The notes: a model not told the origin generated them from the sequence alone. A DNA stretch of 56,668 nt from a virus (IMGVR_UViG_3300028831_000281:1-56668); one strand, 5' to 3'; counted from the first letter of the stretch, positions 1-8,433 are shown. Made by a program: numbers and translations.

Positions 1-67
1 CCAGTGGAAGTCCGCCGACCAGTACGACGCCGCCCGGGGCAACGTGGAGTGGGTGCAGATCCGCTGC
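1..67. repeat. 67-bp terminal duplication, identical to 56602..56668 (contig overlap of a circular or circularly permuted genome)
   Basis: Bases 1-67 (ccagtggaagtccgccgacc...gatccgctgc) recur exactly at 56602-56668 and lie inside one reading frame running from 56546 into 2..529. Confidence 0.9.
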
Positions 68-529
68 CACTCCAAGTACACCCGCCGGGTCGAGCGGTTC
101 AGCGTCGGCTACGTCGGCCCCAACGGCAAGGCCCGCCTGGTCTACCAGGGCCCCGAGGTCACCGGCCCGGTCGGCTACCTCGTTCCCCAGTGCACGGTGA
201 TCGCCAGCACCCCCGTGGCCCGCGCCCGCTACATCGACGCCCAGGTCGGCGACACGCTGATCATGCCCGGCGGGCAGCGCATGGTCATCGTGGAAGACCA
301 GCCCCGGATGGACTACCCGCGACTGGTGTCCGAAGTGGAGGTCGGCCTGAACGCCGCCATCGACGCGGTCCGGGCTCGGCTGAATGACGCTTCCGCCGAC
401 CTGCGCGCCGACGCCGACGAGATCGACAAGACCAAGGCCGCCGCCCGATACGACCTGTTGCAGCAGCTGTGTACCGAGCTGCTCGACCAGGCTGAGCCGC
501 TGCGCACCCGGTGCGCGGCCGACCAGTGA
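2..529 (+). CDS. hypothetical protein, 3' part of the CDS that starts at 56546 (wraps through the overlap)
   Basis: Same frame as ORF 44..529 and open from base 2. N-terminus MTTFDLQANM... is supplied by 56546..56668. Hairpin follows. Confidence 0.7.
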   Translation, partial: QWKSADQYDAARGNVEWVQIRCHSKYTRRVERFSVGYVGPNGKARLVYQGPEVTGPVGYLVPQCTVIASTPVARARYIDAQVGDTLIMPGGQRMVIVEDQPRMDYPRLVSEVEVGLNAAIDAVRARLNDASADLRADADEIDKTKAAARYDLLQQLCTELLDQAEPLRTRCAADQ

Positions 530-534
530 AAGAC

Positions 535-575
535 GCGATGCGCCGGCCGTGACCATCCCCCGGCCGGCGCATCGC
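535..575 (+). terminator. GC-rich hairpin, intrinsic-terminator-like
   Basis: 15-bp stem gcgatgcgccggccg / cggccggcgcatcgc with 11-nt loop, 6 nt after the stop at 529. Confidence 0.6.
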
Positions 576-599
576 CCACCATCGTGCGGAATCACCGCA

Positions 600-630
600 C
601 AGGGAACAACCCTCAACGGAAGGACCCCGA
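600..630 (+). promoter_or_regulatory. conserved leader element without the promoter half (CAGGGAACAACC ... GGAAGGACCC)
   Basis: cagggaacaacc at 600-611 and ggaaggaccc at 618-627, 3 nt before ATG 631. No TTGACC/TAnnnT pair upstream. Confidence 0.6.
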
Positions 631-1107
631 ATGCCCGACTACAAGACCAACACCCGCATCGTGCTCACCGACCCGGACCTACCGGAGCCGGGCGAGGTGC
701 GTGAGCACCACATCGGCCCCTACACGATTCTGATCGACCACCCCGGCAGCGGAGCCGGCCGGCTGGTGGTGCCCTCACAGCTTCCGGTCATGCCGCCCGA
801 CCCGCAGCTCTTGGCCGCGTTCGATGAGGCCGCCAAGGGCGCCGAGAAGCCGGCAGAGGACAAGCCTGAGGCGTCACCCGAGCGGTTCGTCGTGGCCCTG
901 ATGGACCTGAAGAAAACGATCTACACGCACGCGGTGGAGGTCCGCCGGCACGGCAGACGGGCCCGCGTGGCCGACTTCGCCCTGTGCAACGGTCGCAACA
1001 ACGGACGGCCGGTTCGCGGCCGGGACACCACCCGCACCCTGGCCGACGTGGACTGCCCGCGCTGCCTGCGTCGTATCGAGCAAGCAACCACCGAGGAGAC
1101 GACATGA
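631..1107 (+). CDS. hypothetical protein
   Basis: ORF track. ATG preceded by GGAAGGACCC. 158 aa with C-terminal CPRC motif. No family recognised. Confidence 0.7.
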   Translation: MPDYKTNTRIVLTDPDLPEPGEVREHHIGPYTILIDHPGSGAGRLVVPSQLPVMPPDPQLLAAFDEAAKGAEKPAEDKPEASPERFVVALMDLKKTIYTHAVEVRRHGRRARVADFALCNGRNNGRPVRGRDTTRTLADVDCPRCLRRIEQATTEETT

Positions 1108-1529
1108 CCACGCCAGCCGATTTCTATGTCGGCCGAGGAGTCCACGCCGAGTACCTGGGAACGACGGACCGGGGTCACCCCACGACAGTGAACGTGTGGG
1201 CCGCCTTCCAGTCGCGGACGGACGCGCCCTACACGGAGCTGGTATTCCGGACCACCGTGGCCGTCCTGCTGGACGACAAAACCTGGCCGCACGCACACGG
1301 CGACTCCAGCGGCACCCCGTGGGCCTACTGCTGGGACAAGGGAACCGTCTACGTCTACCACTACGGGGTGGAGGTGGCGCAGATCCGGGCCAACACCCAC
1401 ACCTGGCAGTCGAAGCTGATCAAGCTGGACGACGGACGCGAGGTGATGGAGCCGGCCGAGCGCGAGTTCCGCCGCAAGAGCCCCGTCACCTTCCCCCGGA
1501 TCACCGCACGCCCGGCGGCCAGCGCATGA
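1104..1529 (+). CDS. hypothetical protein
   Basis: Internal ATG of ORF 984..1529 overlapping the upstream stop (ATGA). 141 aa. Confidence 0.7.
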   Translation: MTTPADFYVGRGVHAEYLGTTDRGHPTTVNVWAAFQSRTDAPYTELVFRTTVAVLLDDKTWPHAHGDSSGTPWAYCWDKGTVYVYHYGVEVAQIRANTHTWQSKLIKLDDGREVMEPAEREFRRKSPVTFPRITARPAASA

Positions 1530-1741
1530 ACCACGAGGAGCAGATGTTCCAGGCGATCAGCCGGCAACTCGGCGCGAAGCCGCCCGTGGTGGCGCCCACG
1601 TTCAGCATCCTGGGCGCCTTCAGCCTGCCGGCCGGGTTCATCGCCTGGCTGCTGGTCGGCGACTGGCGCTGGACCCTGGTGGGACTCACCCTCTTCCTGG
1701 GCTTCTCCATCGCCGCCGGAGCTGTCAACCGACGCAAGTAG
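1526..1741 (+). CDS. small membrane protein
   Basis: Internal ATG of ORF 1196..1741 with ATGA overlap. 71 aa with two hydrophobic helices (FSLPAGFIAWLLV, LVGLTLFLGFSIAAGAV). Confidence 0.65.
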   Translation: MNHEEQMFQAISRQLGAKPPVVAPTFSILGAFSLPAGFIAWLLVGDWRWTLVGLTLFLGFSIAAGAVNRRK

Positions 1742-1749
1742 ATCAGCGC

Positions 1750-1787
1750 GTCTACCCCCGACGACGCCCCAGTCGTCGGGGGTAGAC
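1750..1787 (+). terminator. GC-rich hairpin, intrinsic-terminator-like
   Basis: Perfect 15-bp stem tctacccccgacgac / gtcgtcgggggtaga (1751-1765 / 1772-1786), 6-nt loop, 9 nt after the stop. Confidence 0.7.
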
Positions 1788-1802
1788 CGCTACCATGACC
1801 GC

Positions 1803-2213
1803 ATGCCCCGACCCTCCCGCACCAGGACCCGGCAGGCCACCCGCCGGCAGGCCGCCCCCGAGCCCACCCCGCCGCCCACTCCGACCGCCTACCGTGCCGC
1901 CTGGTGGCCGGTCCAGGTCACCCTGCCGGACGGCACCCTGCACCGCATCGCCAAGGTGTTCGCCGCCGCAGAGGGACTCTACGTCTACGCCAGCGTGCCG
2001 GCCGACCCCGCAGCCACCCCCACCTGGTATGCCCCGATCGACTTCGACAAGACCGCGCCACCCCGCAGTGACTACGCTGCCCGTCAAAAGAACATCCGGA
2101 TCACCACGCAAGCCGGCGACGTGGTGATGTCACGGTTGCCGCACTGTGGATGTGGACTGGCGCTGAAGTTCTGGCGGCCGAGCTGGGCCCACCGTAACGA
2201 AGCCTGGAGCTGA
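1803..2213 (+). CDS. hypothetical protein
   Basis: ORF track. High third-position GC. Basic Pro-rich N-terminus. No family recognised. Confidence 0.6.
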   Translation: MPRPSRTRTRQATRRQAAPEPTPPPTPTAYRAAWWPVQVTLPDGTLHRIAKVFAAAEGLYVYASVPADPAATPTWYAPIDFDKTAPPRSDYAARQKNIRITTQAGDVVMSRLPHCGCGLALKFWRPSWAHRNEAWS

Positions 2214-2214
2214 C

Positions 2215-2628
2215 GTGAACCTGGCAGTGCTGACCGGCCCGTGGGCCGTGCTGCTGGCGCTGGCCGCGTTCCGGCTGACCCGGCTGTGGGTGGACGACAC
2301 CCTGCCCCCGCTGCCCCGCATCCGAAAGGCCGTCGACGATTGGGCGATAGCCCGATGGGACCGGGCAGAGCACGCCGCCCTGGCGCGCGATCGGGTGGAG
2401 TTCGACAGCGGGACGCCCCGCCTGCGCAAGCTCCGCGAGCGACACATGGAGTCCGGCAACCAGCCGCCGATCACCTACCTGGTGACCTGCTACTGGTGCG
2501 CCGGCTTCTGGATCGGCCTGGCCGTTGTACTGGTCGCCGTGCTCGTCCCGGTCGCCGTGTGGGCCGTCCCGGTGGCCGCGCTCGCCCTGTCCGCGATCAC
2601 CGGGCTGCTGGCGCAGTTCACCGACTGA
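2215..2628 (+). CDS. DUF1360-like membrane protein
   Basis: GTG 1 nt after the upstream stop. FRLTRLWVDD and CYWCAGFW motifs plus C-terminal TM helices, as in DUF1360 proteins. Confidence 0.7.
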   Translation: MNLAVLTGPWAVLLALAAFRLTRLWVDDTLPPLPRIRKAVDDWAIARWDRAEHAALARDRVEFDSGTPRLRKLRERHMESGNQPPITYLVTCYWCAGFWIGLAVVLVAVLVPVAVWAVPVAALALSAITGLLAQFTD

Positions 2629-2639
2629 AGGGGGCAAGG

Positions 2640-5363
2640 GTGGCGCGCACTGTTCGCCAGGCTGTGGCCGGCAACCTGGACCGTCTGCGGATGGATCCGG
2701 ACCGGGCGAAGAGCGCCATCCAGTACGCGCTGCGCGGCATGGAGCGCTCGGCGCACGCCCGGCAGCATCCGCGTGTGCTGCGCGCGTCCGGCACCCGCAT
2801 CTATTCCATGGCCCCGGAGCGAATGCGCGCCCTGGCCGGCAACAAGCAGAGCTGGCAGCCGATCGCCTGGCAGTACCGGGACAACATCGGCGAACTGCGA
2901 TTCGCGATGCAGTACCGGGCCCGCGCCCTGTCCAAGATCAGTTTTCACGTCGCGGAGATCATCGCGGGCGACGACGAGCCGCTGCCCCTCTACCTGCGCG
3001 ACGAGAAGGACCAGCAGGGCAACCCCACCGAACGCTCCCAGAAGATCACCACCCCGCCCGACCTGGCCGCCGCCGCCGAAAGGGAGCTGGCCCGGCTGCC
3101 GCTTGAGGACGGGTTCAGCTTCCAGGGCATCTGGTCGGAGAACCAGGACGTTGCGGGGGAGTGCTGGCTGCACGGCTACCAGGACCCGGACACCGGGGAG
3201 GAGGTGTGGAAGATCCGGTCGGTGCTGGACGTGGGCACACAGGGCAGCCAGATGACCGTCACCGACGAGCTGGGCCAGCCCCGTGTCATCAACCTGGGAA
3301 CCAAGGACGAGCCCGGCACCGAGGAGATCTACCGGCTGTGGGTGCCGCACCCCGCCCACCCGCACCTTGCGGACTCGGCCCTGCGGGCGATGATGGACGT
3401 GCTCGAGGACATCACCCTGTACGGCCGGGAGATGCGCGCGGTGTCGCGCAGCCGCATCGCCAACAACGGGATCTGGATGATTCCGGAGAACATGGCCACC
3501 CTGCGCAACCTGTTGCAGGACACTGAGGCATCCGAGGACGGGCCGAGCAGCTTCATGGCCGCCCTTCAGGCCGCGTTCCTGGCGCCGATCTCCAACGAAG
3601 GCGAGCCGGGCGGGGTGGTGCCGGCCATCATCACCGGCAACCGCGAAGACATCGAAGTGGCGTCGAAGTCGTTCATCCGGTTTGAGCGTGAGACCAGCAG
3701 CGACATCATCGAAAAGCTCAAGACCGCGCTCGGTCGCATGGGCAACAGCCTGGACCTGCCGCCCGAGGTCATCACCGGCATGGCCGACGCCAACCACTGG
3801 ACCGGCTGGCTGATCGACGCATCCGGGTTCCGCTACCACCTGGAGCCGTCCGCGCGCCTCCAGGTGGACAGCCTGACCGTGCCGTTCCTGCGCGCCAACC
3901 TGGTCGGCCAGGGCTTCCCCCCCGAGCAGGTCCGCAAGCTGCGTATCTGGTTCGAGGCGGGCAACCTGACCGAGAACCCCAACCGCCGCCAGGACGCGCT
4001 GGACGCCCTGGACCGCATCCTGATCGGCCCGGCCGCCGGCCGCAAGGCGTTGGGCTTCTCCGAGGGCGATGCGCCCACCAGCGAGGAAGCCCTCCAGTTG
4101 ATCGCGGCGAAGGCGGGCATCGATCAGGCCGCCGCCGTCAAGCTGCTGGCGCTGTTGGCCGCGCAGGAGGGCGCCGAGCTACCGGAGCAGCTCACCGAGC
4201 CGGTGCGCGCCGAGGCGACCCGCGTGGACCCGCCGCCCGTGCAGGACCCGACCGCGCCCGGCCAGACCCCGGACACGGCGCCGCCCGGTATCACCGCCGC
4301 CGCGCCGCCGCCGAGCTACGAGCTGGATACCGACACCGCGCAGAAGCTGGCCCAGATCGAGCAGGCCCTGCGCCTGGAGCTGCTGCACATCGCCGACGCC
4401 GCCACCGCGCGGGCGCTGGAGCGGGCCGGCAGCCGGCTGCGGGCGAAGGCCACGAAGCGCCCCGAGGTGGCCACCAACCTGTCCGATGTGGCGGTCACGC
4501 ACTGGGCCAGCAAGCTTGGCCGGGAGCAGACGTTCGCGCTCGGCGCCAACGTGCGCTTCCTGCTGAACGAGGCGTGGGCGACCTTGCGGGAGGCGTTCGT
4601 CCGCAAGGTGACGCTGGCGGTCGGCGAGATCACCAGCCGCCTGGCGGACCGGTTGCTGCGGGGTCGGTTGGGCGCCGCCGGGGCGAGTGCCGCCGCCGAG
4701 CGCATGCGCACCCAGATGCTGTCCCGTGTGGACGACGCCTGGGCCACGCTGGAGTCCGGCCTGAACGCCAACGCCGAGCGGCTGATGTTCGGCGAGTCCG
4801 ACACCGACGACGTGGGCGAACTGCCTGACCTGTCCGTTCCGCCGGCCCTGGTGCGCCGCGCCCTGGCCGAGGTGGGCGGCCTGGCCGAAACCTCCAGCGG
4901 GCAGGAGTTCAGCGCCGAGCCGATCGGCGGCCTGGCCACCGGAGCCACCGCCACCCGCGAGCTGGACGCCGCCGGCATCATCCCGGTGGGCTACCTGTGG
5001 GTGTACGGGGTGACGCCGCTGGCCCGCGAGTTCCCGCCGCACCGCGACCTGGAGGGGGAGCGGTTCACGGGCTGGACCGACCCCAAGCTCACCCCGGACC
5101 CGCGCTACAAGTTCGTGGGCGACTTCTACCATCCGGGAGATCACCGGGGCTGCATGTGCAACTACGTGCCTGCCTACGCGGTGCCGGCCTACGCCGCGCA
5201 AACCGCCGAGCGCCTGCGGGTGCCGAGCCAGCCCACCCAGTGGCTGCTGGACCTGGCCGCCCGCGACGACGCCGCCGGCCGCCGGGGCACCACCGCCCAG
5301 GAGACCCGCGACCAGTGGCAGGCTATCCAGGATCTCCAGTCCCGATTTATGAGCGGAGCGTGA
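2640..5363 (+). CDS. portal protein fused to a MuF-like head morphogenesis domain
   Basis: GTG 2640 with GAAGGGGG SD inside ORF 2241..5363. N-terminal ~600 aa portal-like. C-terminus carries the Mu-F/SPP1 gp7-type motif YHPGDHRGCMCNYVP. Confidence 0.8.
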   Translation: MARTVRQAVAGNLDRLRMDPDRAKSAIQYALRGMERSAHARQHPRVLRASGTRIYSMAPERMRALAGNKQSWQPIAWQYRDNIGELRFAMQYRARALSKISFHVAEIIAGDDEPLPLYLRDEKDQQGNPTERSQKITTPPDLAAAAERELARLPLEDGFSFQGIWSENQDVAGECWLHGYQDPDTGEEVWKIRSVLDVGTQGSQMTVTDELGQPRVINLGTKDEPGTEEIYRLWVPHPAHPHLADSALRAMMDVLEDITLYGREMRAVSRSRIANNGIWMIPENMATLRNLLQDTEASEDGPSSFMAALQAAFLAPISNEGEPGGVVPAIITGNREDIEVASKSFIRFERETSSDIIEKLKTALGRMGNSLDLPPEVITGMADANHWTGWLIDASGFRYHLEPSARLQVDSLTVPFLRANLVGQGFPPEQVRKLRIWFEAGNLTENPNRRQDALDALDRILIGPAAGRKALGFSEGDAPTSEEALQLIAAKAGIDQAAAVKLLALLAAQEGAELPEQLTEPVRAEATRVDPPPVQDPTAPGQTPDTAPPGITAAAPPPSYELDTDTAQKLAQIEQALRLELLHIADAATARALERAGSRLRAKATKRPEVATNLSDVAVTHWASKLGREQTFALGANVRFLLNEAWATLREAFVRKVTLAVGEITSRLADRLLRGRLGAAGASAAAERMRTQMLSRVDDAWATLESGLNANAERLMFGESDTDDVGELPDLSVPPALVRRALAEVGGLAETSSGQEFSAEPIGGLATGATATRELDAAGIIPVGYLWVYGVTPLAREFPPHRDLEGERFTGWTDPKLTPDPRYKFVGDFYHPGDHRGCMCNYVPAYAVPAYAAQTAERLRVPSQPTQWLLDLAARDDAAGRRGTTAQETRDQWQAIQDLQSRFMSGA

Positions 5364-5367
5364 CCCG

Positions 5368-5670
5368 GTGACCGTTCCATCGTTCGGCCCCAAGCCCACC
5401 AGCCAGGGCGTGCGCGGCTACCGAAACCTGACCGACGCCGAGGTGGAGTGGGTCAACAGCATCAAGATGCTGGAGGAGCTGGTGGCCGAACGGTGGGGCG
5501 ACGTAGCCCGACGCGAGGTCAACCAGCGCTGGATGGCCGTGGCCCGCACTCACTTCCAGGAGGGCTTCACCGCGCTGATCCGGGCCATCACCCAGCCCCA
5601 CGACCCGTTCCAGGTCCAGGCGGAAAACAACGCACAGGACTTTATCGAGGGCGCACCGCCGAGGAGCTGA
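5368..5670 (+). CDS. hypothetical protein
   Basis: ORF track. GTG 5 nt after the portal stop. 100 aa. Confidence 0.6.
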   Translation: MTVPSFGPKPTSQGVRGYRNLTDAEVEWVNSIKMLEELVAERWGDVARREVNQRWMAVARTHFQEGFTALIRAITQPHDPFQVQAENNAQDFIEGAPPRS

Positions 5671-5672
5671 CC

Positions 5673-8144
5673 ATGGAAACGATCGACGACATCACGCCGG
5701 ACGCGCGCACCCTGGAGCTGGAACGCCCGGAGGGCACCGCGCCCGTCAAGCTGGTCCTGGCCGTGGAGGGCCTGGACACGTCGGACGGCCGATTCATCAA
5801 CGTGGGCGCCCTGGACACCCGCCCCATGCCGCTCACCATCTGGGCTCAGGTCCGCTCCACCCACGGCATCGAGGGCGATGCCGCCACGTTCGTGGTGGGC
5901 TCGATCACCGAGGCCGAGCGCGTGCCGGGTCCCGAGGTGGTCCAGCGCTCCACCGGGGAGCCGTTCCCGCCGGACACCGCCGTGTGGTTGGGTCGGGGCT
6001 GGATGTACACCGACGTGCCGAGCCCCGAGTCGGGCAGCAAGCCGGCCTACACGCTGATGAAGGACGGCGCCCTGTACGGCAACAGCGTGGACCTGGTTGC
6101 CGTTGACGCCGAGTTCGTGTACGGGGAGAACGATCCGCTGGACGGGCCGCCCCGCCAGATCGTGACGCACAGCGCGTCGATCGCCTCCACCACCCTGGTG
6201 GGCATCCCCGCTTTTCAGGATGCGTTCGTGGAGGTGGACGGCGAGCCGATCACCCCGAGCACTGAGGCCCTGGCGTTGGTGGCGGCCGGCCCGGCGATCC
6301 CGTCGTGGCGTTCGGCGGAGATCGGCGACAAGTGCGGGCCGTGCCTGGCCGCGCCCGCCGAGGAGCATTTCACCCCGGAGGCTGCGGCGCACTCGGTCGC
6401 CGTGCTGCGCGAGGCGCTGGCCGATCAGGGGCTGGCCGAGCCGGAGCCGTTCGCCGACGTGCTTACGGGCGATGACCTGGAGCCGGCCGCGCTGGACTTC
6501 TCTACCAGCGGCATGGTGGCGCTCATCCCGGCGGAGCCGGGCCTGTTGGCGGTGCCGGCCGGCGACCGTCCCGACGATCTGCACCTGACCCTGGCCTACC
6601 TGGGCGAGGAGGTGACGAGTTGGCGCCCGGAGGAGATCGCCGCCGTGCACGCGGTGGCGCGCTCGGCGACCGACGCGGAGGAGCAGTGCCGGCAGGCCAC
6701 GGAACGCGCGCTGGAGGCGAACGAGGAGCCGCCCGAGTGCGACATGCTGTATGTGTCCCCGGCGCAGGAAGGCCCGCTGGGTCTCCGGGTGTTTGCCCAC
6801 GCCCTGTTCAACCCGAACGGTGACAACGGGTTCGACCCGGCCGCCGTGTACCTGTTCGACGGAAGTGGGCACTCATCCACGGTGACCGCGTTGGCCGAGC
6901 AGATCTCCAACGAGCTGGCCCGGCAGGTGGGCGCCGCGCAGTTCCCCGAGCAGCACCGGCCGTTCATCCCGCACGTCACCGCCGGATACAACCTGGACCC
7001 AAACCAGTTGAGCTACACCGGCCCGGTCACGTTCGACCGGATCCGGGTGGCGATCGGCAACCAGCGCACCGACTACCCGCTGGGCGGCGGGTCGGCGATC
7101 GTGGCCGCCGCCGCGCCGCTGCCACCCGCAGCCTGGTTCGATGACCCCAAGCTCGAGGGCCCCACCGCAGCTACGGTGACCGAGGACGGGCGCGTGTTCG
7201 GTCACCTGGCCACCTGGGGCACCTGTCACGTCACGTTCCCCGGCCAGTGCATCACCCCGCCGCGCAGCCCGTCCGGGTACGCCTACTTCCTGGTGCACTC
7301 CACCCGGGCGCTGGGCGCGAGTGGCCAGGTGGTGGAGGTGCCGGTGGGCTACGGCACCCTGTCGCGCGATTCGGCCGGTGGGCACGCCGCCGTGACCATG
7401 TCGGCGACGGAGGCCGCCCGGCACTACGACAACACGTGTACGGCCGTCTATGAGATCAACGTGGGCGAGGACGATCACGGGATCTGGTTCGCCGGGCGGC
7501 TGATGCCTGGCCTGGACGAGTTCACCGAGCACAAGGCGCGCGGTGTGGCTTTCTCCGGGGACTGGCGGCCGATCAGGGGCCGGCGTGAGCTGGTGGCCGC
7601 GCTCGGCGTGAACACCCCCGGGTTCCCGGTTCCGCGCGTGCGTGTGGTGGGCGGGCAGCCGGCCGCGCTGGTGGCCGCCGGGGTTCCGCTCGCCGAGCCG
7701 GTCAGTGTTCCGGTGCCGGGCGGGGCTGTGGCGCAGCTCGCCGCGTGGGTGGCCGAGCAGCGCGACACCGCCGAGCGGGAGCGCGTTGAATGGGCGTACG
7801 CGCTCACCAGCGCTGAGCTGACGCTGGCCCTCGAGGGTGACCATCCGTGGTTCTCCGCTACCGAAACCGCTGAGGTGCTGGAGTCGCTGGGCGCGCTGCT
7901 CGGCGAGGAATACGCCGGCAAGAAACTGCACTTGCCGCCATTCATTAAGAGAATAGAAAAGCATCTCCGAGCCAAGGGGATGAGCGAATCCCACGCCATT
8001 GCCACGGCAGTGAACGCCGCTAAGAAGATGTGTTCCACGGGAGACATCTCGTTTCCTGGCCGCCAGCAGATTAACCCAGGGAGCCGGGCAGAGGCGTGCC
8101 GTGCCGTGGCGCAATGGAAGAAAGACCGGCCCGGCGCTCGATAG
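5673..8144 (+). CDS. capsid maturation (prohead) protease with an inserted 2H phosphoesterase domain
   Basis: ATG after GAGGAG in ORF 5448..8144. Blocks EGLDTSDGRF (N-terminal) and GHLATWGTCH..HYDNT..GIWFAG (C-terminal) look like actinophage prohead proteases. LHLTLAYLG / PHVTAGY lie between them. Confidence 0.7.
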   Translation: METIDDITPDARTLELERPEGTAPVKLVLAVEGLDTSDGRFINVGALDTRPMPLTIWAQVRSTHGIEGDAATFVVGSITEAERVPGPEVVQRSTGEPFPPDTAVWLGRGWMYTDVPSPESGSKPAYTLMKDGALYGNSVDLVAVDAEFVYGENDPLDGPPRQIVTHSASIASTTLVGIPAFQDAFVEVDGEPITPSTEALALVAAGPAIPSWRSAEIGDKCGPCLAAPAEEHFTPEAAAHSVAVLREALADQGLAEPEPFADVLTGDDLEPAALDFSTSGMVALIPAEPGLLAVPAGDRPDDLHLTLAYLGEEVTSWRPEEIAAVHAVARSATDAEEQCRQATERALEANEEPPECDMLYVSPAQEGPLGLRVFAHALFNPNGDNGFDPAAVYLFDGSGHSSTVTALAEQISNELARQVGAAQFPEQHRPFIPHVTAGYNLDPNQLSYTGPVTFDRIRVAIGNQRTDYPLGGGSAIVAAAAPLPPAAWFDDPKLEGPTAATVTEDGRVFGHLATWGTCHVTFPGQCITPPRSPSGYAYFLVHSTRALGASGQVVEVPVGYGTLSRDSAGGHAAVTMSATEAARHYDNTCTAVYEINVGEDDHGIWFAGRLMPGLDEFTEHKARGVAFSGDWRPIRGRRELVAALGVNTPGFPVPRVRVVGGQPAALVAAGVPLAEPVSVPVPGGAVAQLAAWVAEQRDTAERERVEWAYALTSAELTLALEGDHPWFSATETAEVLESLGALLGEEYAGKKLHLPPFIKRIEKHLRAKGMSESHAIATAVNAAKKMCSTGDISFPGRQQINPGSRAEACRAVAQWKKDRPGAR
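6504..7082 (+). other. LigT-like 2H phosphoesterase domain (aa ~278-470 of the protease ORF)
   Basis: Two H-x-T motifs in the canonical context: MVALIP..DDLHLTLAYLGE (His codon at 6582) and RPFIPHVTAGY (His codon at 6972), then TFDRIRVAIG. Confidence 0.7.
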
Positions 8145-8157
8145 AAAGGATGGACCC

Positions 8158-8394
8158 ATGACCACGGCGAAGATCATTCTTCGCGTCAAGGAAGGTGATG
8201 ACCCGGTCCGGCTGGAGTTCCACCCGGACTACCAGGACGGCCGAAACAAGGAATGGGCCAGCGCCACCCCCGCGCTGAGCCTGTCCATGACCGTGAAGCG
8301 CGAGGTGGCCGAGCAGTTCTCGCCTGGCACGGCCTACGTGCTCACGTTCGAGGAGGCCGACGACCAGCCGGCCAGCGCATCCGACCCGGAGTGA
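8158..8394 (+). CDS. hypothetical protein
   Basis: Internal ATG of ORF 8101..8394 with AAAGGATGG SD. 78 aa. Last + strand gene before a bidirectional hairpin. Confidence 0.6.
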   Translation: MTTAKIILRVKEGDDPVRLEFHPDYQDGRNKEWASATPALSLSMTVKREVAEQFSPGTAYVLTFEEADDQPASASDPE

Positions 8395-8398
8395 GCGA

Positions 8399-8433
8399 AG
8401 AGGGCCCGGCACCCCATCGGCGCCGGGCCCTCT
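8399..8433. terminator. bidirectional GC-rich hairpin
   Basis: 12-bp stem agagggcccggc / gccgggccctct between convergent genes ending at 8394 (+) and 8444 (-). Confidence 0.7.

Noticed and set aside
2490-3839. Long ORFs antisense to, or out of frame with, the virion genes. Examples are 2490..3839(-), 4179..5399(-), 5550..6872(-), 6873..8189(-), 11618..13402(-), 13255..14253(-), 14477..15946(-), 19459..20460(-), 20262..21452(-), 22195..23442(-) and 54850..56208(-).
   Set aside because: They translate to Arg/Gly/Pro/His-rich low-complexity sequence and overlap genes that have recognisable motifs. They are the shadow ORFs expected in ~68% GC DNA, where stop codons are rare.
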